Below are positions 25,653-35,136 of a stretch of 64,000 nt of DNA, one piece after another (the first letter of the stretch is position 1; each line of letters starts with the position of its first letter). The position numbers and the translations under genes are program-made. The stretch is from an uncultured Candidatus Saccharibacteria bacterium (GTDB lineage: Bacteria > Patescibacteriota > Minisyncoccia > Phycocordibacterales > UBA2100), in NCBI GenBank assembly GCA_964648335.1, contig CAZYLZ010000007.1, positions 1,034 to 65,033 on the forward strand, in the 5' to 3' direction. Under the pieces are notes generated by a model. That model ran no database searches, had not been told where the DNA came from, and saw only the letters and a program-made list of their open reading frames with translations.

Positions 25653-25965
25653 GACAGTCTCCGTTGAGTTGTGCCGGAAGCTACCCCGGCTGCTAGCTGA
25701 TGGAAGCATACACCACGGACTCATCTTGTCGCCAAAGAAGCTATTTTATGTAGGATTTGAGCCATTTTTACATCACGGCTCGACATGCTGGCAACTGAGT
25801 GATGTATTCTAGGACGACATTGACTTATGGTCAAAATTTTGGTATACACATTGACGGCACAAGGGGTCGGTTAACGCCGGCCCTTTCTAGTCCTTTGACA
25901 ACCGCATAGGTTCAAGACTGGTTAGTCAAAGAAACTCACTAATTCCAACAGAAGGGAGTTTGACC

Positions 25966-27336
25966 ATGGCTACAAATAGCAAGACGACAGCGCAGTCTCG
26001 TCCTAAGACCATGACGGTCGAAGCGGTCGAGGCGGCACATCGTCGTAATGCGGCGCAACTGCAGGAGCGTAATCGCACCGCGCAGGAAACTGCGGCGCGC
26101 GTTAAGGAGACGGTCGATAAGTTCCAAGCTGCTTTGCAGCGTGGCGACATCGACCAGACCCAGATCCTCGCCGCCGACTTCAAGAGCGCAAACGAAGCGG
26201 GACTAAAGCAGACCCGCGACATTGCACAGGTACTGATGGCGCTGCAGGAATCGTCGAAAGACACCGGCATCGTCCTCAAGAATGTCGGCGAACGCAATGA
26301 TCAAGAGCAGGCCGTGATCGACGCAGCCGTCGCGGTGCAAGCCGCGAAGGAGGCAGAACTGAGAGCCGCTAACGACGAGCTCGCAAAGGCGAAAAATGCA
26401 TGGTTCAAGGATCGTGCCGAGGCTGCCGCGAAAGACGCGATCGCCAAGGCCGAAACCGGACTCGCAATCGCGAAGGAAGCGGTTACGACCGCGACCCAGA
26501 TGGCGGAGAAGATGAAGCGCGACAGACTCGTCAACATGAGTCTCGACAAGTCGATCGCGCAGCTCAGCGAGATCACGCAGCAGGTTGTTGCGCTCGCACG
26601 TGACCGTATCGCCGACATCGAGGGTAACCTCGGGGCGGTGAAGGCTGGTCGCGAAGAGATCGCCGAAAACTTGAAGCAGTACGCACTCGATGCCGAGGCC
26701 CGAAAGGCCGAGGTGCTCGAGAAAACGGCTGCGATCAAGAACCTCGAAGATCAGCATGCCGAACAACAAGAGAATTCATCCGAATGGATGGATCTCAAGG
26801 CGAAGATCGAAGCCGAACGCAGCGAGCTCACGAGGCTCGAGGCGGCGCACAACAAGTCGTTCACCCTTCTCAATGACGGGCAACGCTTCCTGCAGATGTA
26901 CCATGTGCAGGAGACGGCCCAACGCGAAGCGCTCGGCTTCCATGAGATCTGGATCGCGACTTTGGAGAGCGGCGAGCGGGAACGCTCGATACTTTACACG
27001 TCGCATCTCGGCATCGTGAAGGCGGCCGGCGATCAGCAGATGCTGTCGGATGTCGATGCTGTGGCAACGCAGAACGACGAAGACATCACACTGCTTTCGT
27101 CGCGGCATCTGGCCGCGATGCGCAATAGCACACTCAAGCGTGGTCAGGCCCTCCCGGGTCAGATTAAGCGTTTGACGCAGATCAGCGAAGCGGATTCTAT
27201 GAGCAAGGCGTCGTTCAACGACGGCATGGAGAAGCTTGCCAGACAGTTCCAGGAACTGTACGGCGAGACCGCGGGCACAACGAATCCTGCCAACTACATG
27301 CCCGAAGATTCCGGCACTGTGACGCCGGCTTCGTGA
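25966..27336 (+). CDS. Large coiled-coil protein (TelA/PspA-like in composition only); first gene of a six-gene operon
   Basis: RBS AAGGGAG 7 nt upstream of the ATG. About 450 aa, almost entirely heptad-like Ala/Glu/Lys/Gln-rich helices. Confidence 0.55.
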   Translation: MATNSKTTAQSRPKTMTVEAVEAAHRRNAAQLQERNRTAQETAARVKETVDKFQAALQRGDIDQTQILAADFKSANEAGLKQTRDIAQVLMALQESSKDTGIVLKNVGERNDQEQAVIDAAVAVQAAKEAELRAANDELAKAKNAWFKDRAEAAAKDAIAKAETGLAIAKEAVTTATQMAEKMKRDRLVNMSLDKSIAQLSEITQQVVALARDRIADIEGNLGAVKAGREEIAENLKQYALDAEARKAEVLEKTAAIKNLEDQHAEQQENSSEWMDLKAKIEAERSELTRLEAAHNKSFTLLNDGQRFLQMYHVQETAQREALGFHEIWIATLESGERERSILYTSHLGIVKAAGDQQMLSDVDAVATQNDEDITLLSSRHLAAMRNSTLKRGQALPGQIKRLTQISEADSMSKASFNDGMEKLARQFQELYGETAGTTNPANYMPEDSGTVTPAS

Positions 27337-27415
27337 AGAAACAAAGGCCTTTGGCCGCAACTACAAAGGGGCCCGTTGGGCCCCTTTTCTCTAACCCGCA
27401 GCAAAGGAGAAGCTC

Positions 27416-28609
27416 ATGCACGACGTGCATAGCCGCGTCGAAGTAGATCCGGTGAGATACAAAGATTATCTTGGCCTGTTGGTCGAGGTACTCGAGAGTC
27501 TCAGTCGGTACTATGGCGACAGCGAGCGAGAAGGGCGCACCCGCGAAGAAGAATCGATGGCTCTGTACGCGAACAAGTTTTTCGAGACCGTGAAGGCGCT
27601 TCGGCTTAAATTCCTTCACAGCCCCGTCTACCTTTCGCGACCAGGCGTCGATCTTACCGACTCGGGTTTCCCGAACTTCTACGACATCATGCAGCTCGAT
27701 GCCGATCTCTCCACCAGGGGAGAGCGGCTTCCAAAGCTCCCGCCGATCGACGTCTTGAAGGAATTGCTCCTCGAACATGTGATGATCGTTCCGTCACTGG
27801 AACAAGAAGATGATCACGTGGCGAAGATGCATCACTATCTCTGGCAGATCTCTGAGCGCGCGTATCTGGAATCACTCGACCTTCGGGTCCAGTTCTTTCA
27901 GTTCACGCCAGGGAAGCTCGAGCAGGTACCTCAAGACGAGTTCCGCGAAGAAGGACGACGTTCGTACACCTTCTCGTGGGGCTGCTACGATCCACAAACG
28001 AACAGGCCGTCCGTGTACTTCATGCTGTTCACACAGGATGAGACCGAGCGGCCGCTCGACGAGGTCAACAATCCCGAATACGCGAAGTTTCTCGACACCG
28101 TGCGGCATGTCGCCGCACGCGCGCCGAAGCAGCTGAAGGTAATCGGGCTCGGCCTCGACGAGCTCTTCAAGAACCTCTACCCGAAAGCTATCAAGCGGTT
28201 CAATATCGGACCCTTGGTGTCGCCGATGCTCTACAAGGGGTTGGGCGAAGGAATCGGACACGATACGTTTGCTCTGAGGCTCTTGCCTCTGTTCGAACGG
28301 TCCGAGCTGAACGACGACGATTTCGTCCTGTTGTTCAACACGGAATTCGTGTACTCCGAGCGCGAAGAAGTGCCAGAGAAATTCCTGCCGTTCGGAAAAC
28401 AGAAAGTCAGGCAGATGTTCTATGTGCCCAAGAACGACCGCGAGCTCTTGCGGCGCGGCGCGGGGGCATTTTTGCCCTACGCGCTCATGCCACACAGGCT
28501 CCGGCAGCACATCACTCCTGCCATGCTCGAAACCATCCCCGAATTCAACAACGGCACGTCCTTGTTGGTGTACGGGGAAAACAACGGAGAAGTGATAAAT
28601 GTCGGCTAA
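27416..28609 (+). CDS. Hypothetical protein (397 aa); operon gene 2
   Basis: RBS AAAGGAGAAG upstream. Its stop overlaps the next gene by 11 nt. Confidence 0.5.
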   Translation: MHDVHSRVEVDPVRYKDYLGLLVEVLESLSRYYGDSEREGRTREEESMALYANKFFETVKALRLKFLHSPVYLSRPGVDLTDSGFPNFYDIMQLDADLSTRGERLPKLPPIDVLKELLLEHVMIVPSLEQEDDHVAKMHHYLWQISERAYLESLDLRVQFFQFTPGKLEQVPQDEFREEGRRSYTFSWGCYDPQTNRPSVYFMLFTQDETERPLDEVNNPEYAKFLDTVRHVAARAPKQLKVIGLGLDELFKNLYPKAIKRFNIGPLVSPMLYKGLGEGIGHDTFALRLLPLFERSELNDDDFVLLFNTEFVYSEREEVPEKFLPFGKQKVRQMFYVPKNDRELLRRGAGAFLPYALMPHRLRQHITPAMLETIPEFNNGTSLLVYGENNGEVINVG

Positions 28610-30590
28610 GACTGGCTCGGAGATCCCAATCACTCAGGGCGATATCGCGAAATTCTTCAAGAGCGCGAGTATGCTTCTCGTAAGCGTGTCTCATGCACCC
28701 AAGAAGGATCTCGCTGCCTTGCGCAGTGATTCGGCTCCGCAAATGAAAGCGCCAGGACTCATGTTCGGCTCTGGCCAAGCGAGTCCTGAATCGCGGCAGA
28801 GCATGGCGATCCTCAAGGTCGCCAAAGAGCTCAACCAAGGCGACGATCTCTTCGATGAGAACGTGAACGTCGCTTTGAACGCGGTGCGGACCGGTCTTCA
28901 GATCGGATTCCACATCGCCTACTTGTACGGCAAGACCTCGGGACTCGAGGCTCTGCAGGCAAGGAGAAAGCGCAACGAGCTCAAGCTCGATGCAGAAATC
29001 GCTGAGTGGACAAAGAAGATGGAAGCGCAAGCGGCCATCACACTGTTCGTCGCCGCGAGCTACGTCACCTGGAAGCTCTCAGGCCTCAAAGCCGAAGAAC
29101 TCTCTGGCGTGAACGTGTCGTTCCTTGGATTGCCCGAGCTCGTCTTGGGCGGCCAGGCACAGGCGACAGCTGGAATGCTGTACCACTTCGGCGCATATGC
29201 GAGCACTGTGCAAAGCGGGCTCGAGTTCCTCAAGCTCACCGACATGTACTTTCGCGCCGTCCTCGACGACGTGAAGATGCAATCCAAGAGCTTCGTGGAA
29301 TCGACCGCGGACTTTACCGACAAGAACTATCGCCTCGAGGGCTCTGCCTTCACGGTGAGCGGATTCGAAGCGGCAGCGTCCGGTGGTCGCAGGCTGGTGG
29401 AGTTCAAGCCTGTCTACGCGAAAGAGATCGTGGGTAACGTCGAGGCGAAGCGTTTTACGCTCCGTGTCGCACGGTTCCTCATGGCCTACGACGTGAAGAG
29501 AAAAATGAACCCGATGATGGAATTCGGTGCGTTCCCGTGGATGTACCTGTATAGCGGGGAACCGGGCACTGGCAAGACGATGCTCATCAAGCTCGCAATG
29601 AGCATGGTGCGCGATCACTGCCAGGTGCTCGATATTCCGTTCAGAGTCCACGAACTGCCGGGCGACCTCATCAGTACCTACCAAGGCGGCTCGGCCGAGC
29701 GGTTCGAGCAATGGTGGTCGGTACTCCGGAATCCCGGAGAGATCATCGTGGCTCCGATCGACGACGCAGAGAACATCTTTACCGAGCGATCGGGCGAGAA
29801 CGTCTCGGCAGGCAGCAAAGAAGTCGTGGCGTCGTTACTGCGATGCACCGAAGGCGCGACCGCGATCAATCGCGGCAACGTCATTGTGCCCTGGGCGACG
29901 AACATCCCCGACATGGTGGATGCGGCAGCGATGTCGCGCATCATGGCGAAGATCCCGGTGCCTGGGGCGGTGACACGCAACGACTTCAACGACCAGATGC
30001 GCATGTGGGGCGACGGCCTTCAGAAGCTTTCCCCCGGTATCGTCGACCTCGCATGGCCGAACGATTACCGGTATCTGGCCGATCAAGACATCTCGATGGT
30101 CCCGGATGCGCAAAAGCGCAGTCGGGATGCGCTCGTCGAGTTCAAAGACGAACGCTTGGTGCGCCTGTACGACGAAGTGCGGGCGCAGGGGATTTCTTTG
30201 CAGTCGTACGATCTGCACGGAACGCTCTTCGCCAGCATCAAAAAACATATGAACCGCTTCACCTCGCGTGAGGTCCGCAACATCACGACGGTGGTGATGT
30301 CGAGGTTGTTCGACTTCGACTTTCCGCCCGAATGGCTTTCCGATCGTGCCGCTTTCGTCGAGAAGGACTATGACACCAAGCGTGCCATGATTCTCGAGCT
30401 CGCGAAGGTGAACATGAAAGGACAGAAGCTCTCTGAGATACTTTTCGAGGAGATGGTGCGGTCGGTAAACGCGATGGTAGAGATCATAGACGGCGGACGT
30501 ACCCGCCGTGTCAGAAAAATGGCAGAAGACCTCCTGGAACGTTCCGAGGCTCAAGAGCTCGCGGTGCGTATGAAAGGAGGTTCGAAATAG
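28599..30590 (+). CDS. AAA+ ATPase (classic clade: Vps4/katanin/FtsH-like module) with a ~290-aa N-terminal domain of unknown function
   Basis: EIVGNVEAKRFTLRVARFL (box II-like). Walker A YSGEPGTGKTMLIKLA. Walker B region GEIIVAPIDDAENIF, with DD rather than DE. Second region of homology ATNIPDMVDAAAMSRI. The similarity to Vps4/FtsH spans the whole module. Confidence 0.75.
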   Translation: MSAKTGSEIPITQGDIAKFFKSASMLLVSVSHAPKKDLAALRSDSAPQMKAPGLMFGSGQASPESRQSMAILKVAKELNQGDDLFDENVNVALNAVRTGLQIGFHIAYLYGKTSGLEALQARRKRNELKLDAEIAEWTKKMEAQAAITLFVAASYVTWKLSGLKAEELSGVNVSFLGLPELVLGGQAQATAGMLYHFGAYASTVQSGLEFLKLTDMYFRAVLDDVKMQSKSFVESTADFTDKNYRLEGSAFTVSGFEAAASGGRRLVEFKPVYAKEIVGNVEAKRFTLRVARFLMAYDVKRKMNPMMEFGAFPWMYLYSGEPGTGKTMLIKLAMSMVRDHCQVLDIPFRVHELPGDLISTYQGGSAERFEQWWSVLRNPGEIIVAPIDDAENIFTERSGENVSAGSKEVVASLLRCTEGATAINRGNVIVPWATNIPDMVDAAAMSRIMAKIPVPGAVTRNDFNDQMRMWGDGLQKLSPGIVDLAWPNDYRYLADQDISMVPDAQKRSRDALVEFKDERLVRLYDEVRAQGISLQSYDLHGTLFASIKKHMNRFTSREVRNITTVVMSRLFDFDFPPEWLSDRAAFVEKDYDTKRAMILELAKVNMKGQKLSEILFEEMVRSVNAMVEIIDGGRTRRVRKMAEDLLERSEAQELAVRMKGGSK

Positions 30591-30609
30591 ACATCAAGAC
30601 CTGCGGCGA

Positions 30610-30631
30610 TTGTGCCGCAGGTCCAAACGCG
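30610..30631 (+). promoter_or_regulatory. Intra-operon hairpin cctgcggc-gattgt-gccgcagg between the AAA gene and gene 4
   Basis: Perfect 8-bp GC stem with no T-tract. It may be an RNA-processing or attenuation site. Confidence 0.3.
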
Positions 30632-30644
30632 AAGGGAGCGATAC

Positions 30645-31916
30645 GTGAAAATCCATTCGGTGAAGCCTCTATTGAAGAGAGGTCTCTTCAATGCAGGACT
30701 CGTGGAACTCAGTCCCACGATGCTCGCACGATATAACGATGCGCTTGTGTCCTTGGGCCTCGAGCCCACGCGACGCAAGCGAGTGCTCGTCGACGGCGTT
30801 GGCTGGAGCCCGCAGATCGCACGTGAACGGAGAAATCCGTACTACATGTGCTCGGGCGGCCTGGTAAACCCGGTCGCGATTATTGTCTCGCCAGACCAGT
30901 ACAAGAAGCCGGTCTATTGGCCGATCTTCTCTTGGATGCGCGGCGCAATGCGCCTTGTATTCGAAAAGTACCACCGCGAGATCATCGACATAACGGGGAC
31001 GCATGTCATCTCGCTCGATTGTGAGAACGGCCTGTCGACCCTGGAAGGTCCCAAAGACCTGCTCCTGTTGTCCGAGGTCACCCTGAAGCCCAACACAGGC
31101 CTATTGGTGGAAGCGGCGCTCGAACAGGCAGCGCTCGTGAGTCGATTCATGGACGGGTTGCACTGTCTCGAATCCGAGACACGCAACACGCTCATAGCTC
31201 ATCGACGTGCGCATTCGGATCTCCGTAAACGCCGTGTCACTATGCAGCCGGTTACGTTCGACTTCTTCAACGACTTCTATACCGTCGCATTTGGCGGGGT
31301 GGCGGTGTTGCGAGACGTCGACGGTTCCGACATGCTCGTCATGGAGAGCCAGAGCGATTACGAGGCGATCAAAGGAAGCGACACGAACGCGGTCATCTGT
31401 TATCTGTACGACAAGGACGCGGAAACGACGGGATACTTGGCTAATGCTGGGTTCCTTAGGATCCCGTACGAAGAATACCGGTCAGATCCCGCACACCTCG
31501 AGAGAAAGAAAGATCTCCTTCTCGCACTCGCCTTGTGCGACTGCGAAGAGGGGCTCGACTGGAGTGCGACGAGCCCAGCCAAGCGCAAAATGCTCATCAA
31601 GAAGCATGGGGCGAAAGTGCCTCATCTCTATGCAGAGCTTGAGCGCTTCGCAGCGGCGGTACGGCGTGGATCCAAAAGCGTCGAGCTCTCTCGAGAGCTC
31701 TGGCACTACCTCGCCATACCGTCCGATAACGTCACTCCAACAACTAAAGAAGTGCTATGGATCTTGCTTACCCGGCTGGAACCGCGACGCGTACTCAACC
31801 TCTATCGGTACGACAAGAATAAGTTTTTCGAAGTCTACTCGGGGTGGAGTGTCGCAAAACAGGAATGGGTAGCAGACTACATCAAGATGCGGTACGAACC
31901 GCGCATGAACAGCTAG
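30645..31916 (+). CDS. Hypothetical protein (~423 aa); operon gene 4
   Basis: GTG start with AAGGGAG 7 nt upstream. The ORF track opens at 30612. Confidence 0.5.
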   Translation: MKIHSVKPLLKRGLFNAGLVELSPTMLARYNDALVSLGLEPTRRKRVLVDGVGWSPQIARERRNPYYMCSGGLVNPVAIIVSPDQYKKPVYWPIFSWMRGAMRLVFEKYHREIIDITGTHVISLDCENGLSTLEGPKDLLLLSEVTLKPNTGLLVEAALEQAALVSRFMDGLHCLESETRNTLIAHRRAHSDLRKRRVTMQPVTFDFFNDFYTVAFGGVAVLRDVDGSDMLVMESQSDYEAIKGSDTNAVICYLYDKDAETTGYLANAGFLRIPYEEYRSDPAHLERKKDLLLALALCDCEEGLDWSATSPAKRKMLIKKHGAKVPHLYAELERFAAAVRRGSKSVELSRELWHYLAIPSDNVTPTTKEVLWILLTRLEPRRVLNLYRYDKNKFFEVYSGWSVAKQEWVADYIKMRYEPRMNS

Positions 31917-31932
31917 CAAGAAGGAGAATCGC

Positions 31933-32556
31933 ATGTCCATCCTTGGACTATCGTTTGGCAGCTACCTGATGACGTGCATATGGCTTTCTATCGTCATCGG
32001 CATGATCGGGTACTCGATCGAACGCTTCATCGGTATTCGCATCTATCGCGTGGTCTACGATATCTGTCATCGCAATCCGATGCCGGCGTCGGAGACGCGC
32101 GGACTCTTGTACGGGCAATCGACGAACCGGAAGATCTCGGTGGTCACGGCGCTGTCTATCGTACAGAGTCTCTACATGGTGTGGAGCCAGCACGTCAATC
32201 CTGCGGCGGAGATCGTCGCAGCATTCGTGGAGGTTCCGGCATTTTTGGTAGGATTCGCACTCATGGGTTTCGTGCATCCGTACATCCTCCGTCGAAGCAC
32301 GTACTTCGACACGATGGATAAGTTCGGAGATAGCGTGGGACACATGAGTGCCGGAGATGTGAAGCAACGTCTCTGGGGCTACGGCGGATCACTCGTGGAA
32401 AAGGCATACGCACTCCGCTTACGGCTCATGTCGAGCCCGAAGCGCGAGACGCCGAAGCCGGTCGTCGAGGCACAAGCGGAACCAAAAACGGTACCGCTCG
32501 AAGAAGCCAAGGAAGACCCACAAGACGTCATCAATCGCTATACGCGGAGGCAGTGA
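31933..32556 (+). CDS. Hypothetical membrane protein (207 aa, ~4 TM); operon gene 5
   Basis: RBS AAGGAGAATCGC-ATG. Hydrophobic helices. Confidence 0.55.
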   Translation: MSILGLSFGSYLMTCIWLSIVIGMIGYSIERFIGIRIYRVVYDICHRNPMPASETRGLLYGQSTNRKISVVTALSIVQSLYMVWSQHVNPAAEIVAAFVEVPAFLVGFALMGFVHPYILRRSTYFDTMDKFGDSVGHMSAGDVKQRLWGYGGSLVEKAYALRLRLMSSPKRETPKPVVEAQAEPKTVPLEEAKEDPQDVINRYTRRQ

Positions 32557-34184
32557 TGCAAGATTCGGTCACTCGCGACAAGAGTGTCGCACCCGATTCG
32601 TGGCACGAGGAACCCTGGTCGTTTTTCCAGGTGCCCTCGGCCAGGTTTCGCGATTACGTACGGCACAAGTACGATGAGTATCCTAAGGCGACAATCTCGG
32701 TCATCGCACTGGTGCTCCTCGCGCTCATCGTCGAACGGCCGCTCTATCACCACGTGCTCATCGCGGCACGCATTTACAGTGCCGCGGCGGTACTCACGGT
32801 GCTCGCGTGTCTCGGCACCTGGTGGCTTCTCGTTCGCGCGCCCATCCGTATCAAAGCGGTAGGGAGCGTAATCGGAGTCATGGTGGTGGCAGCCATCCTC
32901 TTGTTCGGAAAAAGCTCGCATCAGTATGTATCGCAATACCTGCGCTACAAAACACTCGAGCACACCGTGGTCGATCTTACTCAGCGGCCGCTGACGGACA
33001 ACGAACGGCTTCTTGCACTCAACGGCGTCCACACGGCCGCTCGCGAGCGCATGAACGAGACCGAAGCGCCGACCCTGCCGGACCTCGTCCGAGACGGGTC
33101 ATCGTATGTCTGGACGATGGCGATCGAGCCGGGCAAATCACTCGGACGCTTTCTCGATGATATCGAGGAGCTCCTCGTGATCCCGGCAAACGAACCATCG
33201 CCTGACATATCTCGTCGTAATCGAACACGGGTACACTTCGATGTTGGCGAGAGCCTCGCGTTCTCGCGCAACATCAACACCTGTGTCACGCGCGCGCTTT
33301 CGCCCTGGCGTCTGTTCTCGTACGAGCCCGGCAACGTGACTCGTATCAAGGACGACTCCGGAAAATGGGTGCAGGCAGTGACCCTGATAAAGTGGTCGGG
33401 CTGGCTCTTTCCGTGGCCCGAGTTCGGCGGCGTGCAGATCGTCGAACAGGGGAGTACGAATATCATCGGCCGCAACCTTTGGGGATGCGGCAGATGGATC
33501 CCACCCGAAAAGATTGCCGAGCATAAGTACTTGCTCGGTCAGAACCTACAACCGTACGAGGTGACCCGTTTCATGGCCGCGAGCCTCCGCTTCCAAGCGG
33601 GGTTCACCGGTCCCATGTGGTTCTCGCGCAAGGGCGATCTGCGTATTGCGGATATGCCCGAGGACGTGAACCAGCAGCCGTTCACCTTGTACTTCAACAT
33701 GCCGAACGGGAGCGCGAAGCTCTATCAGTACTTCGCGCTCGAGCCGCAAGATGCCGACAAGCAAGGACTCGCGACGAGTTTCTATGTTCCGGCTGACGGC
33801 GTCGGCGCGAAGTTCGAGTACCGGCACTTCCACCTTAAAGAGGCGCCTATCGGCGTCACGACGGTGGCAGACCAGGTACGAGCGTCACGAAAGAATTACG
33901 ACTGGGTGCGTAACGCTCCGGTCGAAGTGCGTCCCTACACTCACATGATTGCCGATAGCAAGGGCAACCTCGCGCCTCGCTTCACGTGGATGGTGACGGT
34001 CGTGACGATCAAAGAGAGGAAGCCGGGCGTTCCTCTCGAATTCACTTCGGGCTCTGATCCGGAAATCGCTCTGGTCGATGCATACCGCGCTCGCGTGGTA
34101 TGGGTCGATTCTCAGCATCCCGACAGGTGGCCCGAACAGCTGCGTGCTTCGCTTGGAGAACTCTGGGCGGCGGGCACTCAGTAA
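32556..34184 (+). CDS. Hypothetical membrane protein (3 N-terminal TM helices plus a ~400-aa soluble domain); operon gene 6
   Basis: GGAGG 5 nt upstream. TGATG overlap with gene 5. Confidence 0.55.
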   Translation: MQDSVTRDKSVAPDSWHEEPWSFFQVPSARFRDYVRHKYDEYPKATISVIALVLLALIVERPLYHHVLIAARIYSAAAVLTVLACLGTWWLLVRAPIRIKAVGSVIGVMVVAAILLFGKSSHQYVSQYLRYKTLEHTVVDLTQRPLTDNERLLALNGVHTAARERMNETEAPTLPDLVRDGSSYVWTMAIEPGKSLGRFLDDIEELLVIPANEPSPDISRRNRTRVHFDVGESLAFSRNINTCVTRALSPWRLFSYEPGNVTRIKDDSGKWVQAVTLIKWSGWLFPWPEFGGVQIVEQGSTNIIGRNLWGCGRWIPPEKIAEHKYLLGQNLQPYEVTRFMAASLRFQAGFTGPMWFSRKGDLRIADMPEDVNQQPFTLYFNMPNGSAKLYQYFALEPQDADKQGLATSFYVPADGVGAKFEYRHFHLKEAPIGVTTVADQVRASRKNYDWVRNAPVEVRPYTHMIADSKGNLAPRFTWMVTVVTIKERKPGVPLEFTSGSDPEIALVDAYRARVVWVDSQHPDRWPEQLRASLGELWAAGTQ

Positions 34185-34211
34185 AAGCTCTTTCTGTTCT
34201 TTCGCTAACGC

Positions 34212-34246
34212 AAACGGGCGACTCGCATGAGTCGCCCGTTTTTTAT
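34212..34246. terminator. Hairpin aaacgggcgactc-gcat-gagtcgcccgtttttt; bidirectional
   Basis: Perfect 13-bp stem with flanking A/T tracts. It sits between the operon end and the convergent Nudix gene. Confidence 0.75.
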
Positions 34247-34932
34247 ATGACCTCGATGGGTACTACCGTGCTGGACTTGAACTTGTATAAGGCTGCGGGG
34301 CGCGAGCGTCCGCCGGTACGCTTCTTTCCAAGATCGGTGAGTATGCCGAGTTTTAGGATCTTCTTGCGGAAGTTTCGCTTGTCCAAATCGGTCTTGATAA
34401 TGCTCTCGAACGACTGCTCGAGTTCGGTGAGGGTGAATTCTTTTGGCATGAACTTGCTTAAGAGTGTTGTGTACGTGACACGCGACTGCAGGCGCTCGAC
34501 GGCGAGCTTGAGGATCTCGTCGTGATCGTATGCGAGCTTCTTCGCTGCCGCCAGAGGCGCCCACCATGCGCTCTCGGTATCCGCTTTTTCTTCAGTAGAA
34601 AGGGTGTCCCATGACGCGAGTCCGAGATAGGCGACAGACACGACGCGGCCACGTGGGTCACGGTCGATATCGCTAAACGTATAGAGCTGCTCGATATGAG
34701 GTGTCTTTGCGTCGATGTGTCCTTTTTGGGTGAGTATGCGGAGGGCTGCCATACGCGCAGTCTCGTCGGGATGGATGAGTCCGCCAGGCATGGCCTTCGA
34801 GTCGGGGTAGTGGGGGATGCGGTGTACTGGTGCAAGCCTGACCAAGAGTTGTCCGTCTTTGATGGTAAACAAGACGACGTCGACAGCGAGGACCGCAAAG
34901 CGCAGATGCTCGGGAGCGAGAGGTTTTTCCAT
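34243..34932 (-). CDS. Nudix hydrolase-like domain fused to a C-terminal winged-helix domain (NrtR-like regulator)
   Basis: Degenerate Nudix box PGGLIHPDETARMAALRILTQKG. The C-terminus FTLTELEQSFESIIKTDLDKRNFRKKILKLGILTDLGKKRTGGRSRPAALYKF matches the NrtR wHTH family. The start codon is uncertain (ATG at MEKPL, or an upstream TTG). Confidence 0.6.
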   Translation of the reverse strand: MEKPLAPEHLRFAVLAVDVVLFTIKDGQLLVRLAPVHRIPHYPDSKAMPGGLIHPDETARMAALRILTQKGHIDAKTPHIEQLYTFSDIDRDPRGRVVSVAYLGLASWDTLSTEEKADTESAWWAPLAAAKKLAYDHDEILKLAVERLQSRVTYTTLLSKFMPKEFTLTELEQSFESIIKTDLDKRNFRKKILKLGILTDLGKKRTGGRSRPAALYKFKSSTVVPIEVI

Positions 34933-35136
34933 AGTGCCCGTATCATACTCCAACCTTTGATATTGTCAATAGTACACTTATGCACAGCCTACATAGTGTA
35001 TGCTTGACACGTTTACAAGCTGGGTGTAGTCTCGAAGTAGGAGATAGTGTACAAAGTACATTTAGTACCGCGTACTCAGTACCTCGACATCGGGACCGAC
35101 CTCTGACACAGGAATGTCCCTCTATAGGAGGAATAC

